A stretch of 64,000 nucleotides of DNA. Source: an uncultured Verrucomicrobiae bacterium. Lineage in GTDB: Bacteria > Verrucomicrobiota > Verrucomicrobiia > Chthoniobacterales > Terrimicrobiaceae. The notes beneath the pieces are model-generated. The model was not told the DNA's origin and made no database searches. It saw only the letters and a list, made by a program, of their open reading frames with translations. Both the position numbers and the translations under genes were made by a program. Below, one piece after another: positions 63,139 to 64,000 of this stretch (the stretch's first letter is position 1; each line of letters starts with the position of its first letter). Where the stretch lies: assembly GCA_963706955.1 (NCBI GenBank), contig CAVPOC010000008.1:896001-960000 (forward strand). Direction: 5' to 3'.

Positions 63139-63153
63139 ATCTGTTTTTCAGAT
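63139..63153. promoter_or_regulatory. LysR-type T-N11-A binding site
   Basis: ATCTG-TTTTT-CAGAT dyad next to the LysR start in the AT-rich divergent promoter. Confidence 0.6.
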
Positions 63154-63212
63154 GATTGGCATCTCTACAATTCATTTTTTATGATGAAGATTTCAGGGTA
63201 GCCTCATGACGC

Positions 63213-63614
63213 ATGTTAAAATCAAATCGACTCTTCATTCTGGTGGCGGGCCCGTACCGCTCGAACACCGGAGATGATCCCACGAGAATCGAGAAAAATC
63301 TCGAGGCGATGACGCGAGCGGCCCTCGACGTATTTCGTCTCGGTCACCTGCCCGTTCTGGGTGAATCGCTGGCTCTGCCACTGATCCGACAAGCCGGATC
63401 GCAAGAAATCGGAGATGCAGCCTTCGAGGAGATCTTCCATCCCATTTCCCGGATGCTGGCGGAACGCGTTGACGCAGTGCTGCGCGTGGGCGGCCCATCA
63501 AAAGGGGCTGACGAGATGGTCGAAATCGCACGCCGGAACGGCAAGCTCGTCTTCGAAGATCTCGCGGAGATTTCAGCGACTGGAACGGTGGCCGGGGCAA
63601 TGCTAGATGACTGA
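63213..63614 (+). CDS. DUF4406-like protein
   Basis: ILVAGPYRS, GHLP..GE, DAVLRVGG.S.GAD. Confidence 0.72.
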   Translation: MLKSNRLFILVAGPYRSNTGDDPTRIEKNLEAMTRAALDVFRLGHLPVLGESLALPLIRQAGSQEIGDAAFEEIFHPISRMLAERVDAVLRVGGPSKGADEMVEIARRNGKLVFEDLAEISATGTVAGAMLDD

Positions 63615-64000
63615 TCGCATACGCATTCGTGACGTCAGAGTTCTCTCCGACGATTGGTATCTTCTGAAGAAGACCACGTTTGATTTCCGGCGCTCCAACG
63701 GAAGTTGGCAAACGCTAAGCCGGGAAACCTACGATCGTGGTAACGGAGCAGTCGTTCTGCTTGTCAATTCCGCAACGCGCACCCTCATCCTCACGCGTCA
63801 ATTCCGCTATCCGGCGTTCGTCAACGGCCTGAGGGATGGAATGCTCCTGGAAGCGTGTGCAGGGCTGCTCGACTCCGAAGACCCGGAAGCGACTATCCGC
63901 AGGGAAGTTGAAGAAGAGACCGGGTTTCGCATCGGTCCTCCAAGGAAGCTCTTCGAATTGTATATGAGCCCCGGTTCGGTCACGGAAAAGCTCTTCTTCT
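63607..64000 (+). CDS. nudK: NUDIX hydrolase, GDP-mannose pyrophosphatase NudK-like (partial, runs off window end)
   Basis: Hand translation MTDRIRIRDVRVLSDDWYLLKK...RETYDRGNGA...QFRYP...EACAGLLD...REVEEETG...MSPGSVTEK. Confidence 0.85.
   Translation, partial: MTDRIRIRDVRVLSDDWYLLKKTTFDFRRSNGSWQTLSRETYDRGNGAVVLLVNSATRTLILTRQFRYPAFVNGLRDGMLLEACAGLLDSEDPEATIRREVEEETGFRIGPPRKLFELYMSPGSVTEKLFF

Overview
A bacterial chromosomal window, moderately GC-rich. It is most likely Verrucomicrobiota (Spartobacteria/Chthoniobacterales-like), inferred from the long-form IspG, the cdsA-dxr...rseP-ispG and mreBCD-mrdA-rng gene order, and the repeat types. Most of it is housekeeping: MEP pathway, fusA, trpF, leuB, cell-shape genes, purN, a UvrD/Rep helicase, mnmG and pstSCAB-phoU. 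About 15 single-base frameshifts, several in conserved genes, point to an unpolished long-read assembly. The notable parts are these. (1) An outer-membrane barrel / type-1 copper cupredoxin / HAMP adenylate cyclase operon inserted between dxr and rseP. (2) A diverged duplicate of barrel-5'end+mscL that brackets a 1.06-kb GC-rich foreign segment encoding a DUF6582-like/class III cyclase fusion and a truncated HIT gene, possibly an assembly chimera. (3) An MGDG-synthase-like GT28 next to a GH1, a possible SFR2-like glycolipid-remodelling pair. (4) A RAYT transposase plus three REP/REPIN families, including REPINs flanking xpt and one inside the trpF reading frame. (5) A 300-bp highly structured MITE with a CTAG duplication that disrupts a D-threitol-dehydrogenase-like SDR. 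(6) A cyclase-STAND-TPR protein. No rRNA, tRNA or CRISPR array was recognised. Family assignments come from motif recognition only; no searches were run.
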